Origin: Bispira polyomma
Taxonomy: Eukaryota
Reading direction: 5' to 3'
Assembly (NCBI GenBank): GCA_965649765.1
Contig: OZ287749.1
Coordinates: forward strand, 35,278,001-35,342,000
Length of the DNA: 64,000 bases
Shown: positions 1 through 14,753 of the stretch, piece after piece
Position numbering within the stretch: the stretch's first letter is position 1
How the letters are laid out: every line of letters begins with the position of its first letter
Made by a program: the position numbers and the translations under genes
Notes under the pieces: model-generated
Database searches by the model: none
Seen by the model: only the letters and a program-made list of their open reading frames with translations
What the model was told of the DNA's origin: nothing

Positions 1-99
1 ATTATTCTATGATTTGGTGATTAAATTTTGACATTAAGTTAGTATCTTAGGAGGTACAAAAAAAGGAACAAAATAGTGGTGCTAATTGTATTGCATAGA

Positions 100-1720
100 A
101 TTTGCGACAAAGTAGTACTGGTAAATTTTGGAAAGATGTGAAAATAGTTAAATCTGCAAGTATCAGTTTACCTTTTTAAGTTGATAATTTTTTTGGGATT
201 GAAAATATCAGCTACGTATTTGCACATAAGTATAAATCATTGTACAATAGTGTTGCATATATGAAAGTAGAGTTATTAATGTTAACTGACCGCATATATT
301 CAGATATTAAGGTAAATTGCCAAAAGAACAAGTGTTACTCTACACACTCATTTACTATAGACAATGTTACTGAAGCAGTTAAAAGCTAGTAAAGGTAATT
401 CAGATCCATACACAGATAATATTGTAAATGGTTGTCCTAGACTATATGAATATCTATGTCTGATTTACAATGTTATGATTATCCATGGTTCAGCCCCTCT
501 AGAATTGTGCACGGCAAAAATAATACCAATTGTTAAAAATAAGCGGAAATCTCTCAATGATTCTGATAACTACAGATCAATAGCTATTAATAGTGTGTTT
601 AACAAACTACTAGATATACTAATATTAAACACAAATAGACATGTCTTAAATACTAGTGAACTTCAATTTGGTTTCAAAGCCAAACATTCTACAACTCAAT
701 GTATGTATGTTCTAAATGAAGTTTAAAGTATAAAAATTGTAACACCAGTGCATTTGTAATGCTACTAAATAATAGCAAAGTTTTTTTTGAATATGTAAGT
801 TATTTTGTAAACTAAAAAAAACAGGCCTTTGTCCTCTCCTTAAAAGAAAACTGCTCTACATCTATACAAATCAATTATTGCCTATTAGTTGGAAAATAAC
901 TTGTCCAAAGAGTTCTCTGTGTCTAATGGTGTAAAGCAAGGAGGAATTTTGAGTTGGATGTTATATTGTTAATCTTTATTATTGTTAACTATGTTATTAA
1001 GATGATATTGCTATCATGGCACCCAGTATTCATCTCCTAAAAGTTATGCTCTCTATATGTGAACATTTTGGAAGTGACTAAAATCTTTTATTTAACACCA
1101 GTAAAAACCAATTAGAACATTTTATTGGCGAAAAAGATAGCAAACTTAAAATAATTCATCATATTTGTGTAGCTATTAAAGTAGTTAAATATGCTACTTG
1201 CTTGGGTCACTTGATTGTACCAGAGTCTAATGAGCTATTTATGCAGAAATGTATTGATTTATTTGTAAGTGCTGCCAGTGGTATTAATAAGTTTTTAAAT
1301 GATGCATATCTTAATTAATTTCAAGTACAAGCTATTCAAAACCTTTTGCATGCTCATATATGGATGTGTACTATGGAACTATACATTAAATATTATGCAA
1401 AAATTCTGCACACAATGGCGTAAAATCATTTATAATGTTATCAACAGTAAAAGTGTACATGTAAATGTTTGTGGCAAATTAACAAATAATACTAGTAGGT
1501 CTGTGAGCTGTGGTAACGTACACCTTATTTCAGAAGTCTTAAGATGTAGTAAATTCTCAATTTTTAAAAATAATGCTCCTAATGTATGGTATAGAAGTAT
1601 TGAAACCAACATGCCAAAACGATATTCACCATCTGACTATCATAATGTTTAAAATATAATGGATCCTTTGTCCATCAAAGAATGTTCTCTTTTTCAGAAA
1701 AATGAAATCATTTTATGCTA
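100..1720 (+). mobile_element. Decayed non-LTR retrotransposon (LINE, CR1/L2 group) reverse transcriptase region
   Basis: ORF 364-726 has LINE RT N-terminal motifs (IIPIVKNKRKSLNDSDNYRSIAI, QFGFKAKHSTTQC). VSNGVKQGGIL is readable at ~920-950. Many stops and frameshifts. Boundaries approximate. Confidence 0.85.
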
Positions 1721-1949
1721 GATTTTCTTTGTACATGTTAATAGGGATAGGATTCAGGGTGCACCGAGTTAAGGACATCTAAAATTTCCTTCTCGCAAAT
1801 CGCTTTATTATTCACTGCTGCCTTCTAATTATGGTTAATCACATAGCATTTTCGTAAACTGTACTTATATTTAACTCAATATCATTTTTTTTGTTGATTT
1901 TTATTGCCCCTTTTTAGTAATTTTCACAAAATTGTTTTAACCTTCCGCC

Positions 1950-4660
1950 ATTATGGCCCACATTCCCTGTTATTCGCATCCGTTTTTCTGTGAATTTTGG
2001 ATCTCCCTTTCTGCTATGTGACTTCTTCTTACATGTTTTTGGTTCTATAACTGTTTTAAACATAATACTATACATCTTGCATGCTGCATTATCTGGCTGT
2101 AATTTGATACTTTTTTTCCTGCTTTTGTAAGTGTTCCTTGATTTCTGAGATGTCGAAGTGTTATTTCACACTCCTGCCTTACATGGTTCTGGCCGGTGCC
2201 AGAATTCATGAGTGGAGCCCCTGCACTTGGTCCATCTCTCCTTACCTCCCTGGATATTTCCAAATACACATTACCCGCCTTCCAAACCCCTGGGTTAATA
2301 GTGTATTAACCCTTTTGCTTAGCGCTTTCTGTGGCGACGTCAGCATAAATCCTGGTCCCCACCATCCATGCTTAAGATCGGTGCGTTTAACGCCCATTCC
2401 TTGCGGAACAAGGCACCTGCAGCTATTGATCTGATCATAGTCTATGATCTGGATATTGCTGACGTGGCTCAGCAGTGGGGATACTACATCTTTTCTCACT
2501 GACTTAACTCCTCCGGGTTACAAATTTTTCCAGTTTTCTCAGGTTGCACAAATGCGGAGGAGGAGGAGGCATCTTTGCAAAAAATTCTCTTTCCTGTGAA
2601 ATTAAAAAAACCTAGTCTTATTCGTCTTTTGAATCCATCACATTCGAAATTACAAATGGTTATCATTCATTTCTGGTTTCTTTTTTTTACCATCCAGCCA
2701 GCCCTTCTCTAGGTACCTTTACTCAAGAGTTTTCCGAATTCCTTAAGACCCTCAACCTTCTTCCATCTGAAGCTATCATCCTTGGTGACTTCAACATCAA
2801 GGTCGACATATATAATACTGTTACAAAAGATTTTACCAACCTCCTCAACACTTTTGGTTTCTCACAGTTCATCTCAAGTTCAACCCACCTCCACAATCAC
2901 ATACTTGATCTGACAATTGTAAGACCAAATTCAAATCTCATCAGTGGATTATGGGTGGCTGATGGGATTTTGGATCATTTAGCAACCTTTGCTTATTTAA
3001 ATTTCCTGGTACCTGCCTCAAAAATAAAATAAAATAAAATACAGAAACATCAGAAAAATCAATATTGATAAATTTAGAGACAACATACTAGAATCAAATC
3101 TCATGCAACATCCATGCAAAAACGCTGATAGTCTCAGCCTACAATACAATAACAGCCTTTCTACCATCCTTGACAAACATGCTCCTTAGGTATCTAAAAT
3201 CTTTTCCCCAACAAACCCCATGAATGGACCAATGCGGTCATCACAGAGGCTAAGAGACGCAAACGCCAACTCGAGCGTCAATGGTGCTGTACCATATCCT
3301 CTTGCGATAGAAACCGTTACCACAAAGCCACAAACTATGGCTAATATCTAGTGCCAAAATAAAACACTATGATTCCATCATGAGTGACAATCAAGAGAAT
3401 CCCAAAAGGCTATGGGCCTCCATCAACAAAATTCTACTTAGAACATCCAAGAAAGTTTTCCCCATAAATCACTGTCTTACATTTTTAGCGGATAGATTTT
3501 GAAAATCTTTCATTGATAAAATCAGCAACATTCGTGACGGTTTTGTAAAGATGTATCACTTCTGTCCCCCGATTCCAGGGTATAAGGTTTCCAACCTATT
3601 TCATTTTAGTACATTGTCCCAGCAGGATGTTGTAAAACTCATGAAATCCTCTCCTATTAAATCTTGTGAATTAGATCCTATCCCAGCAGTTATTCTAGAT
3701 CAATGCCTTGACAATCCCATAACTAAAAATATTAAATTATTCCCTTTGGGATGGTGTTTTTCCTACCTGTTTCAAGACTGCAAATGTAACCCCCTTAATA
3801 AAAAAACAAGGATTGGATAAGAACCAGCTAAAAAACTACAGACCGGTGTCAAACCTTAGCTTCATTTCAAAAGTTGTCGAGAAAGCTGTAGCACAACAAA
3901 TTTCTGACCACCTAAACAGACAAAGCATTAAAAATCGTCATCAATCTGCTTACACAAAATTCCACTCTACAGAAAGTGCCCTTTTTTCAATCAGCAATGA
4001 TATCAATCTTGCACTAGACCACAATGAAACAGTGGCCCTCACCCTTCTAGATCTTTCAGCAGCATTCGACACTATTTATTATGGCCTGCTCTGCGACACT
4101 CTCAAGCAGTGGTTTGGGATAAATGGCAGTGTCCTTAAATGGATCAGATCCTACCTTGCTCATAGAACACAAAGAATTAAATTAGAGGATAACCTATCCT
4201 CTTCCATAAACTTACCATACGGAGTATCCCAGGGATCTGTCTTTAGGCCTCTACTTTTAACCCTTTATACTCATCCTCTCAGCACTGTCATCAATAATCA
4301 TAATATAAAACACCATATGTATGCAGATGACACTCAAGCCTATCTCACCCTCAACCCTCAAAATGCAAATAAATTATTGACCTACTTGCAGACTGTCTGT
4401 CCGATGTCCAGGCGTGGATAAACTACTCCAAACTAAAACTAAACCTGGACAAAACAGAATTCATTTTCATTGGAAACAAAGAAAAACAGTGAATTCTTAA
4501 ATTTTTTGTTTCTCATCTTCCTTCTGGGAAAAGACTGCAACTGCAACTCTCTTCTGTTCGGAGTAAACAAGTCACAGATCAAAAAGCTCCAGTTCATCCA
4601 AAACTACCTCTGCAAGGTTATTTTTCGCTTGGGTTGTGGCACCGACATCACTCCTTACCT
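1950..4660 (+). mobile_element. Decayed L2/CR1-clade LINE ORF2 (2A-like leader, APE endonuclease, RT)
   Basis: APE motifs LKIGAFNAHSLRNK (~2371), IILGDFNIKVD (~2775) and THLHNHILDL (~2885). RT ORF 3813-4421 has [34 protein letters not shown] and YADD, followed by KLKLNLDKTEFI and CNSLLFG. Frameshifted, with an internal deletion near 4535. Confidence 0.92.
2309..2359 (+). other. 2A/StopGo-like peptide (TLLLSAFCGDVSINPGP) upstream of the LINE APE domain
   Basis: ORF 2138-2434 contains a Leu-rich tract followed by GDVSINPGP (2333-2359). This matches D[V/I]ExNPGP except for E->S and lies directly before the endonuclease. Confidence 0.7.
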
Positions 4661-4844
4661 TTTTTACTTTACTCAAATTATTTGCTGTATTAAACATAAA
4701 TAGAAATACACTATTTAAGAACAACCCAAATTGTTTCTCCATACTATTTTGGGGTACAATGGTACAAAGATCGTTGTATTGTATTCAAACTTATACTCAG
4801 CACATTTATTTACATTTTATCTGGTATTTGAAGTGCTAATTAAA

Positions 4845-5018
4845 CAACTTTTCTTGACTACCAAACAGCAATAGTATATCATTCCCCTAACTGAAGGTTA
4901 CGACAGAGGACACCCATTTCAGAAGACATCTAAGCGACAATGTATTTGCCTTACCTACTTGCCCTAAGCTTGGATTGAACCCAGGTCCTTTGCATGTTAC
5001 CTACTTAGCCACAGTGAC
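4845..5018 (-). mobile_element. tRNA-derived SINE remnant
   Basis: Minus strand has an A-box-like TGGCTAAGTAG and a B-box GGTTCAATCC with shortened spacing. No full cloverleaf. Confidence 0.5.
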
Positions 5019-6821
5019 AGATAAAAAGATCAAGTGAGTAGAACAACTCAGCATGGGTGTTCCCCTTATTCTGGTTAAATCTTTAATACATACAACTAGG
5101 GCTGTGTCTCAACTCATTAGTAAGAATAATGGAAATCCACATCAAATAGCTTTATGTTGACTTTAATACTGGTCCTAATTAAGTTGCACCTGAGGAATTT
5201 CCTCGTTTGTCATGTAAGGGTATTCAATGCACTTTACCTTTGTTGGTGTTCTATACTTATTATACATGGATTCCGTGAGTCAAAACTGAAGAAACGTTTA
5301 TCAACTCCCTTAGTTTTCAAATTGATTTATAAATGTGATTTGATCAAATCATAATCCCCATATTTGCAAGTGAGTTTTCTTGATTTATAAATATTTAAAA
5401 CAGGAAAGTTTTTGTGTTTAGTTTGCACAATTGCTTGTAAAAGTCATCTCCATCAAGTGTCAACAACCCTTTCACCAACATACAGGGGTGATACAGGGGG
5501 TGATCTAGACCGAATAATCTGTCCCTATTTAGGAAGATTCCTGCTGTTATTTTGTCGACGGAATACAAAAAACGGCTACCATAAGAAAAACGTTGTTAAT
5601 TTGGTGGGACGTAAAATGGCCGACTGAGTTGTACCAATATATGTGGTTTTAGTTTATATTTTATATTATTTGATATGTACCACATCGGCAAGAAAGAACA
5701 GACAATCGGCTACTATAAAATATATAAGGAATGAGGGGATGTATTTATTTTTACCAAATTCTATCTCTATATATGCCGATTTTGATTTACAACATTTTGC
5801 TTATGGTAGCCATTCTGTCCCTTTTCGTGTATTCCATCAAAATATCAGCAAGGAATCTCGCAGAATAGAGACAGATTATTCGGTCTATTTGATTTAACTG
5901 TCATTAACAACTAATTGTACGAAGATCTACTGTATTTGCTATGAAGCACTGTTACTGATATTTCTATGGAGACAAAATGAAATGATTAATATAATAGGAC
6001 CACTCTGGCCTTTGGAGATTCTATAGTAGCTGCATTACAAATAAACATAGCAAAGATATTTAGTGGTTAGTTAATGCTGCCGTTCTTTCTGTATTAATCA
6101 TCATCATAATAATAACATGGTGGATGTGCGTTTGTAATAACACAGGCCTCTAACAAAAACCTCTTATGGTAATGTCCTTGACTGTAAACAAATAGGTCTA
6201 GCTCGGAAATTTGATTATGTCAAATGTTCTACACCAGACATTCCTTGACATACCCAAAGTAGCACTCGGTATTAGGTTTGTAATTTTACCTTGATTGATG
6301 AATTCCAACTGATGTCCTACGACTCACCACTAAGTGCCCCTCAAAGTGAATTCCTTTTCTGTCCCTTTACTCTCAAAAGTATTGTTTTATACAGGTTCCA
6401 ATTTAATATTACTTATTGAAGAGGTGAAATGTTAAAAATATACAGTCTATCCATACTTTTGAGTATGGTTCTTTTAAAGGTGCCTGCCTTGGTTTAACAT
6501 ACCTTTATAAGAGTTTAGTGACCAGGAGCTTTCTTTACCTATCTTCTCGAAATCCATCTGTCGGCAAAGTAGAAGAAAAGTCTATGTTCATAAACAAAGC
6601 ACTGAGTTTAGATTGCTAACCTGCTGAGACCTGTGTTGAGTTCACCTACAGTTTACTCTCTCATTGTGTAGCCTGCAGGGGCATTGGGTTTCTCCTGTGA
6701 TAAGGGACTTTGTTCTTTAAATCCAACAAATACTCTAGTTATGCAAATACTCTAGCTCTGCTTAGATTACCTCAGTATTGTGTGTCTTTTTAAACCACAT
6801 CATGGGAGAAGACTACACTTC

Positions 6822-7107
6822 AAGCTTGGGCTTCCTTTCAGCAGTCATCGACTTGGCCGATTTAATGAAATCCGATCCGACATCAGCCAATGTAGCGCCT
6901 CCTTTCATCTAATATGTACTAAATATTTCCAAAATCGGATCGACCTCCTGATTCTTTCGCTCACTGACTGATAAAATATGTTGGCCAAACAGACATCTGC
7001 CGACGTCTGATCTAATCTGCTGCAAATAGGAAGCACTTGGTTATATTTTGTAATGACCAATAAAATCGGCCTATTCAGAAAAACATGCTAAAAGGAAGCC
7101 AAGGCTT
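6822..7107. mobile_element. MITE with ~22-bp imperfect terminal inverted repeats (Harbinger-like)
   Basis: Left AAGCTTGGGCTTCCTTTCAGCA versus right TGCTAAAAGGAAGCCAAGGCTT. CpG-rich interior. No clean TSD. Confidence 0.55.
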
Positions 7108-8586
7108 ACATAACATCCAAGTCTATAGGAGGAGGGTGATATGAGATAAACCAATATTCTCCTGTGTCGTCCACATGGTTAACATATAGTGGAGACTTCC
7201 AATAGACTACTGAACATAACATATGGAGAAGTCATCACACACTGGTGGGCTCAATGCTGCATTTAATTTGTAGACAAATATATCTGTCCAAGCAAAAATT
7301 CGCCTTCTGCAAGGTTATGTATCTACTTCATGGTAATTTACAAGGCCAGAGTTGAAATAAGACTGTGTGATGTGCTGGCCAACAATATATGATTATTATG
7401 GAGACCTGTGGTAAAAGTAACTCTACCCATTTTTGTGATTATTATTCAGACTTGTGGTGTAAGAAACTCAGTTTTGTGATTATTATTCAGTCACCTTCTG
7501 TCTTTGTTGAACTGATTTTTAAAATGATGATATTTTCCATTACTGTGGAATTCAGTATTTATACAAATATATCTTTTTTGTTAAAAACAACGTAAATATC
7601 TTATTTCAACTACCTATTGCCCGAATTTGTGACAAGTTGATGTAAGTTACCATTTTCCACTCGACTAAAACTATTGTAAATTTATTCAGAAAAAATAGCA
7701 TTATATAATGTGAGACCTTAATCAGAATGAGCATTCTCTCTGTGTAAGAATTAAATGAAGTTAAAAAGTAATAATGTTAGGGACATTTAATACCAAAACA
7801 GTCAAACAGGTACAAATAGTGTATGATGTGCCATGGTTCTGAGAACCACAGCAAGTTGATTGTAATACAATGTACCATCAAAGTTAATTGTTGGTTATAA
7901 TGCAATGTGACATTAAGGCTTTCCAGACATATAACACAGCTGGTTGGTCTTTAAGCTACCAATGATTCTACAAACTTTCCTGTGTAACAATAAAAACAAC
8001 AATAAGTCACCAAAAACCATCAATAATATCATGGTATATCAAAACCTAATCAATTTGCCCCCTAATGTCAAAGTATTGATAACACCTCTATTTATAAAGA
8101 AAGCAGACATGTTTGTATTGGACTGTGATATTGTAGTTAGTGAAGGCTATAATTGCTCTGTTATCCCATTAAATACTGACTCTTTACAAACAGAAAGTTA
8201 GATGAAGTGAATGTTCTCGGACGGGTGTTGGTTGGCTTTTAAAAAAACCTAGCCCGGATTTCTCTACCATCTCCAGTCAGATCCGTGATAACTAAATCAA
8301 ATAAATACATGTGCCATCCTCCCTGCTGATTGAGCTAACCTGTAGACATATCCGGACCGACAACTCCTGAGGTTAATACAAACACAAGGAACTAACAGCT
8401 CCAAGAGTAGCAGATATCTGCAGCTAACGACAGGCCATGTTGTGTTTTATGATTCCTTGGGGCATTAACAATGGGCATGTTGTAAGTAGGAAAGTATTAG
8501 AGAGGGAGCAATAAATAGAGAGGGTGTCTCCTAGTATGTGTATAACATGACCCTGTGACTAGTCTCAGTACTTTACTGCTACTGAC

Positions 8587-9345
8587 TGAAATCTGAATCT
8601 ACCAGAGAAGTCATTGTATTGTGTCGACTTAAAATCTAAACCTACTACAGACGTCATTGTATTGTGTGGACTGAAATCTGAACCTACCAGAGACGTTATT
8701 GTATTGTGTGGACTGAAATCTAAACCTACCAGAGACGTCATAGTATTGTGTGGACGTAAATCTGACTACACCAGAGACGTCATTGTATTATGTGGATTTA
8801 AATCTGAACCCACAAGAGACGTCATTGTATTGTGAAGACTTAAATCTAAACCCACCAAAGTTGTCATTGTATAGTGTGGAATTAAATTTGAACCTGTCAG
8901 AGACATAATTTTTTTGTGTGGACTTAAATCTGAACCCACCAAAGACGTCATTGTATGGTGTGGATTTAAACCTGAACCTGTCAGGGACATCATAGTATTG
9001 TAAGGACTTAAATCTGAACTGGTCAGAGACATAATAATATTGTCAGGACCTAAATCTGAACTGATCAGAGGCGTGATAGTATTTTGTGACTTAAATCTGA
9101 ACCTATCAGAGACGTCATTGTATTGTGAGGACTTAAATCTGAATCGGTCAGAGACATATTTGTATTGTTGGGACTTAAATTTAACCCTGTCAGAGAAATC
9201 AATGTATTGTGTGGACTGGAATCTGAACCTGTCATAGATGTTATTGTATTGTGTGGACTAAATTCTGAACCCACCAAAAAACGTCATTGCATTGTGTGGA
9301 CTTAGGTCTTAACCCATCAGAGATGTCATTGTATTGTGTGGACTA
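8587..9345. repeat. 42-bp minisatellite, ~18 copies
   Basis: Unit CTTAAATCTGAACCTACCAGAGACGTCATTGTATTGTGTGGA; gives a 14-aa periodicity in the spurious ORFs. Confidence 0.95.
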
Positions 9346-12300
9346 AATAAAGTCAACCCTAATTATATATTGATTATAACCATCCCAGAATGTGCACACC
9401 AAAAAAGAGTTAATTTGATGTCACTAAGGTATTTGTTAATCATATCATTTGTATTACATGACCTGCACATTGGAGGGTGTAACAGCCAGTAAGTGGCAGT
9501 GTAGAATTACTTTACTTTATCACAAAGAGAAATAGAATATATAAATGTTATAAAAGTCACACAATGATTTCCAATTTCATTTCCGATGATTTCAAATGAT
9601 TTTATATTCTATTCTAAATTAATAATTAAACGAATAACATTATTATGCCCTGTTGTCACTACTCAAGCTTATAAATTTTAATTTTACCAGTTCTTACTTT
9701 TTCTTGAAATATTAAAAATAATACATTTAACAGCAAAAATATGAAAGTAACATTTTGATCACAATCAAACATCTTTGGGACATTTTGGGTAAAAGTGTAG
9801 GAACATATGAACACTCCAGTTTCTGATGATATTACATTTCTGTTAATATGAAAACAATTTCCCAATTGCACGAGCATCCAGCTTAATAAATCAAACTCAT
9901 AAACCCACTGTTATGGCAAATGATGGCAATGTGACGTCACACTGCTGTCCAATACTGGCCAAAATTTAGTTACTCAGTGTGAAGATTTGTTAAATACCTG
10001 ATAGGTTTCAATGGCTTCCTGTAAAACAGTATACCATACACGAAAAGAGGTTGTTTATGCTACACTGGATATTAACTACAAATGTCACATGAATGAACAA
10101 GCATAATTCGAACCCACATCAGTGAGAGGCCAGTCATTGTGAAGCTATTTGTGTTTGTCTTCAAGATAACTCAAACCAAAGAAATAAAGAAATATGTGGC
10201 TCGGTCTGTTTCCGCGTCCTTTAACTTATATGTATGTAAAGCCCAAGTAAAAGACATGTTAGTTTAATATAATCAGTATTTGACAAATAAAGCACCTTAA
10301 AGCTAGGTAAGTTGATAACCAACACCTACATGTGCATGTCGTACCAGTATTAAAAAGTTGCTCTCTGCAGTCTACGTCATTTTTGAAGTTTACTGTTTTA
10401 ATTTGTAAGCTATAGCTTTCTCCCTTTTTGCTGATTGTAATAATTCTCTTATCTTTATTTGCAGAATTAAATATCGCAAAGAGTTGCACACACTAAATAA
10501 CATTTTTCTATTCTGGACAGGCAGCAAGGCAAAAATGGGTGTGTTTGGTCTATTTTTTATGTATAGGTATTCTCTACTGGTTTGCTTTTTTAATGTATAG
10601 GTATTCATTCCTGGTTTGCTTATCTGTAAAAATGGTAAAATAATTTTTAAAATCTCATTATAAATGAGTAATTTATGCCCTAAAAACTGGAAATGACCAA
10701 TCATTATTATTGTCAGAATTTTTAGTGCTTATTTTCGTTGTAACAAATTCTAAGGTGCAAAAAAAAATAAAAACCTAGCCAAAAATCACTGATGATTGAC
10801 GGAAGGAAGTTGTCATCACTACGTCCACCGAGAACAGGCTATGGAACAAAAGCATTATTAAACAGATGACATCAGTTTATTGTGAACAATATTTTGAATG
10901 GCATATAATAGTCCAATACACAAAAAGAAATGATTTGTAACAGAAAAGTTAGCATTATTGAACTGCAGAATGTGCTGGATCGCTGTACATGTTGCTAAAG
11001 TCATGTGCAGTGCAGATTGCTACTTTTTGATTATTAAATGTTATGACTTGTGTATTAGAGTTATTTGGGGTGGGGGATGAGGGTCGTGACCCCTTGGAGC
11101 CCAACCCCTATATCCGCCTGTGCAATCATTACATACATACTTGGAAAAGCAATCCATTATTTTGAGAAATGTCATTCAGTTAATTCATTATTGTTGACGA
11201 TGATAAATTAAGTGACTTTGAAATCAGCAGTAACCTGGCGTAATATAGAATTACTAGGAGATCACTAATTTCAACATAAAAGTTTTAAACAATAAAATCA
11301 TAGTATTTAGTATTAATTGAAACCCGATTTCCATGTTTTTTAAGGAAATCATTTTTAAGGAAATTATATCAATGTAACCATAGCAGCATATTATAGTTAT
11401 TTCAAACTCTACATCATTATCTTTTTATGATATATTTTTTTAATATGTTGACTTTAGATATCAAACTACAGCAACATTTAGATCAATCTGATTGATTAGT
11501 ATCTCATGATGCAACAGAAATAAGCAATGGTATCAAGATCTGGCTGGATGTTAATGTTAAATCTTTCAGCATTCCCCTGATATCTGTTTGGTCTTGTTAT
11601 CTTCTGATTGAATTGTTATCAAGTTGTCAGGAAGTATTAGCGATAAATTAGGACGAAGTTTTTAGATTACAAAAGGACAGAGCATAAAATATTTTGCCGC
11701 ACTATGTTCACTGAATACACATAATAATTTCATCATGATGATTGTTTCTAAAAATATATTGATCCAGTAAAGCATTTTCAAAAAAAGTATGTTGTGTTAC
11801 CCTAATACCACATCAAATTCCCTTTAAAATGCAGGTTCTCTCAATGTAGCAAGAAATGGACAGTCATATTTGACCCACAGAGCCTGTGCAAATATGTCTC
11901 TGTATAGACTTAAACAGTTGTTCCACTGAACATAACAACATTGGCGTCAGTTAATCACGTAATCAGAGTTGGCAGGGGAACCAAGCTCACTCTAACAACA
12001 GATGCAGGAAATCTGCTTTTTACCTGATTTAACCTTCGATCAGTGTAATGAAACGTTACCAGTGGCTCAATTACTAGTCTAAATTAAAATTAAAGTTAGG
12101 GGCGTTGTTTTTATAATGCTTTTGTTTATTGATGACAACGTCTTGCAATGAGTGATTTAATAAAAATGGTGTGTTCTGTGGGATAGGTGTCCTGTACTTT
12201 ACCTTTCACGGTCTACAAAACTGGCAACAGCTCAAAACAGGAAGACGATGCTAGCAAATTGTGTAAGTTTGGTGTCTCGTGTCCATAAATGTGTGGCTTC

Positions 12301-12727
12301 ATTGAGTTTGGTACTTCATGATGCAAGTAACGCAAGAAGTGATATCTCTTCTCAGCATTCCAAAACCAATGCATCACTATGTGGAAATCTTTTGAATGCT
12401 AGCATGTATGTACTGCGTGATATATATCAAAGAATATAAAAGATGAGAAACCCGAGGTAAATGTTAGGTCAATTTTTTGAGTCTTTGGCGCTCTGCACTG
12501 ATATCAGTGAACACATAAACCTCTCGCAGTTAACTTTGTTTTATTAGCTTGCTGTAAAGCAGTGCTGCACTACAGAATAACAATGATTTTACTAATTTGT
12601 TCTTTCTGATTAGGAAGGTTGCATGGTAAAATACTTCTTCCTTATTTGTTAAAATACTAATAGTCCTTCTTAAGAAACCTTAATTGATTTGTAAATTTAG
12701 GGTCTATCAAAATTGATGCCTGTGTAC

Positions 12728-13075
12728 GGATTTCTGTCACAGTGTCACAGGGGGGTAAAATGTCTTTCACCAGACTCCCAGATAGTAAGGATTTCTGTCA
12801 CAGTGTCACAGGGGGGTAAAATGTCTTTCCCAGACTCCCAAATAGTAAGGATTTCTGTCACAGTGTCACATGGGGGTAAAATGTCTTTCCCCAGACTCCC
12901 AAATAGTAAGGATTTCTGTCACAGTGTCACAGGGGGGTAAAATGTCTTTCCCCAGACTCCCAAATAGTAAGGATTTCTGTCACAGTGTCACAGGGGGGTA
13001 AAATGTCTTTCCCCAGACTCCCAAATAGTAAGGATTTCTGTCACAGTGTCACAAGTTGTAAAATATCTCTTCTCA
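12728..13075. repeat. 60-61-bp minisatellite, ~5.5 near-identical copies
   Basis: Unit GGATTTCTGTCACAGTGTCACAGGGGGGTAAAATGTCTTTCCCCAGACTCCCAAATAGTAA. Confidence 0.95.
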
Positions 13076-14753
13076 GACTACTGTATGTTATGTCACCACA
13101 CAGACTTTCTGTCTGCACTGAGAATTCTAACTCCGATAACGCAAGACAAACAGGAAACAACTCCCCATAACTCTATTCTTTTGGCCGGATTTACAACTAG
13201 GGAGGGGGTGTGAAAAAAATGTGAGAAAAACGTCATTTTTTGTTGTACCATCTATGTTTTTACGCATAAAGCGTATGTGGAAACCCGGCTTTGGGTGTCG
13301 CATGTGAGGTGTGAACTGTATACAGTGGATTGGCCTAAATCTGCAATCAATGGAGCAGAAGTGAGTGGAGCCAGTGTATTACTGCTCGGCAACAAAACAT
13401 TTATCCTAAAAAACAACACTTGTGGTGGTGTTAAAAGTGCAGTACATAAGCCACAGCCTTGTGGAGGTGAGAAATACTTCTTTCTTTTAAATGTTCTTTT
13501 TTTGTTGTTTCTTTTTAATGTTCTTTTTGACGAATAAATGATAGTTGTGGATCTTAAGGGTATGAAGATATCATGTTTACATCTCAATATGCATTACATA
13601 AAGCTCTGCTGATATTGAGATATTTATAAGTTACATATTTTCAGAAAGAAAAAATACAGAGACTCTGAGATCAGGCGGATAATTGCTAATGCAAGCGGTT
13701 CTGTCATGGGAAGCTTACTTGTATTTAAATGTCATCTATTACCGTCATTATTGGCCATTAGAGATGCATTAGCTGGTGGTATTTAGCTGTATTGGCTGTA
13801 AATTGGGGTATAAGAAAGTATTACATAGGTAATGTTAGAGCTACATCATGTCACTCTGTCTGAATATCTCCCAACTCAAGTATTGTGTGTTCTGGAAATT
13901 CTGATAAGATTACTGTGCTTTGCTGATTTGTATGTTAGGATACCTTAGGGACAGCAGCTGGAAGAGTTACAGGTCAGTTATTTTCTAGTGTGATGGTGTA
14001 AAATCTAGTTGAAAAGCCTAAAATGTCCAGGAAAAAGGATTTCTATTAAAGTGATTTTATAGATTTTATTAGGTGGGAGATCTTCTAATGTGATCGTTAG
14101 CTTGGACTGCAATGTTGAATGGCGGGTCGATGATGAACCATGTAGGGGGTGTAGATTTTTATATTTATGGTTAATGTTGAATTAGTCTTATATTTATGGT
14201 TAATATATTTCTCTTATACAGGTGGTCTGATTTCATAAGAATAGTGAAAGAATTAATTGATGTAAAAATACAACGTTTTAAATTGAATAACCTAATACAC
14301 CTTTTTTCCTTCTGGGATCCTCGTGCCTGGTAAGGTGTCATAGCCGACATAATTAGAAAGTATGTCAAATCTTTAAGCAAAATGGTTACTACTAAAGCCC
14401 GGAAAGTCACTCGGAACCGGAATAGAGCCACAAAAGTGATGAATTATAACTCAGACAATACTTAATGAATTTTTATGAAACGAAAAGCTTCTTAAAGCTC
14501 ATATTAGATCTTTCTCATGTAATTCATAATACCTCCCTCTGAGCTTCCTTTTTAGAAGGTTATTGTTGTTTAAATAGTTTTGCTAACTTTCTACAGTAAC
14601 TTGAAGTTGTGGACTTAAGATTAATTTCAAGAAATGGCTTCTTTACAGAAATACTGTCAAAAGTAGCCTATTGTTGTTTCAAAATGCACTTGTTAAGAAA
14701 ATGCCATCAAAATGTTTAATGTAAAACTCCTGTAAATGATGTCAGTAAATTAT

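Noticed and set aside
8587-9345. Periodic ORFs and CRISPR-like appearance of the 42-bp array (also the 31, 41, 44, 60 and 61-bp arrays)
   Set aside because: Units are head-to-tail without unique spacers, there are no cas genes and the context is eukaryotic. The ORFs are broken by stops or frameshifts and arise from unit length.
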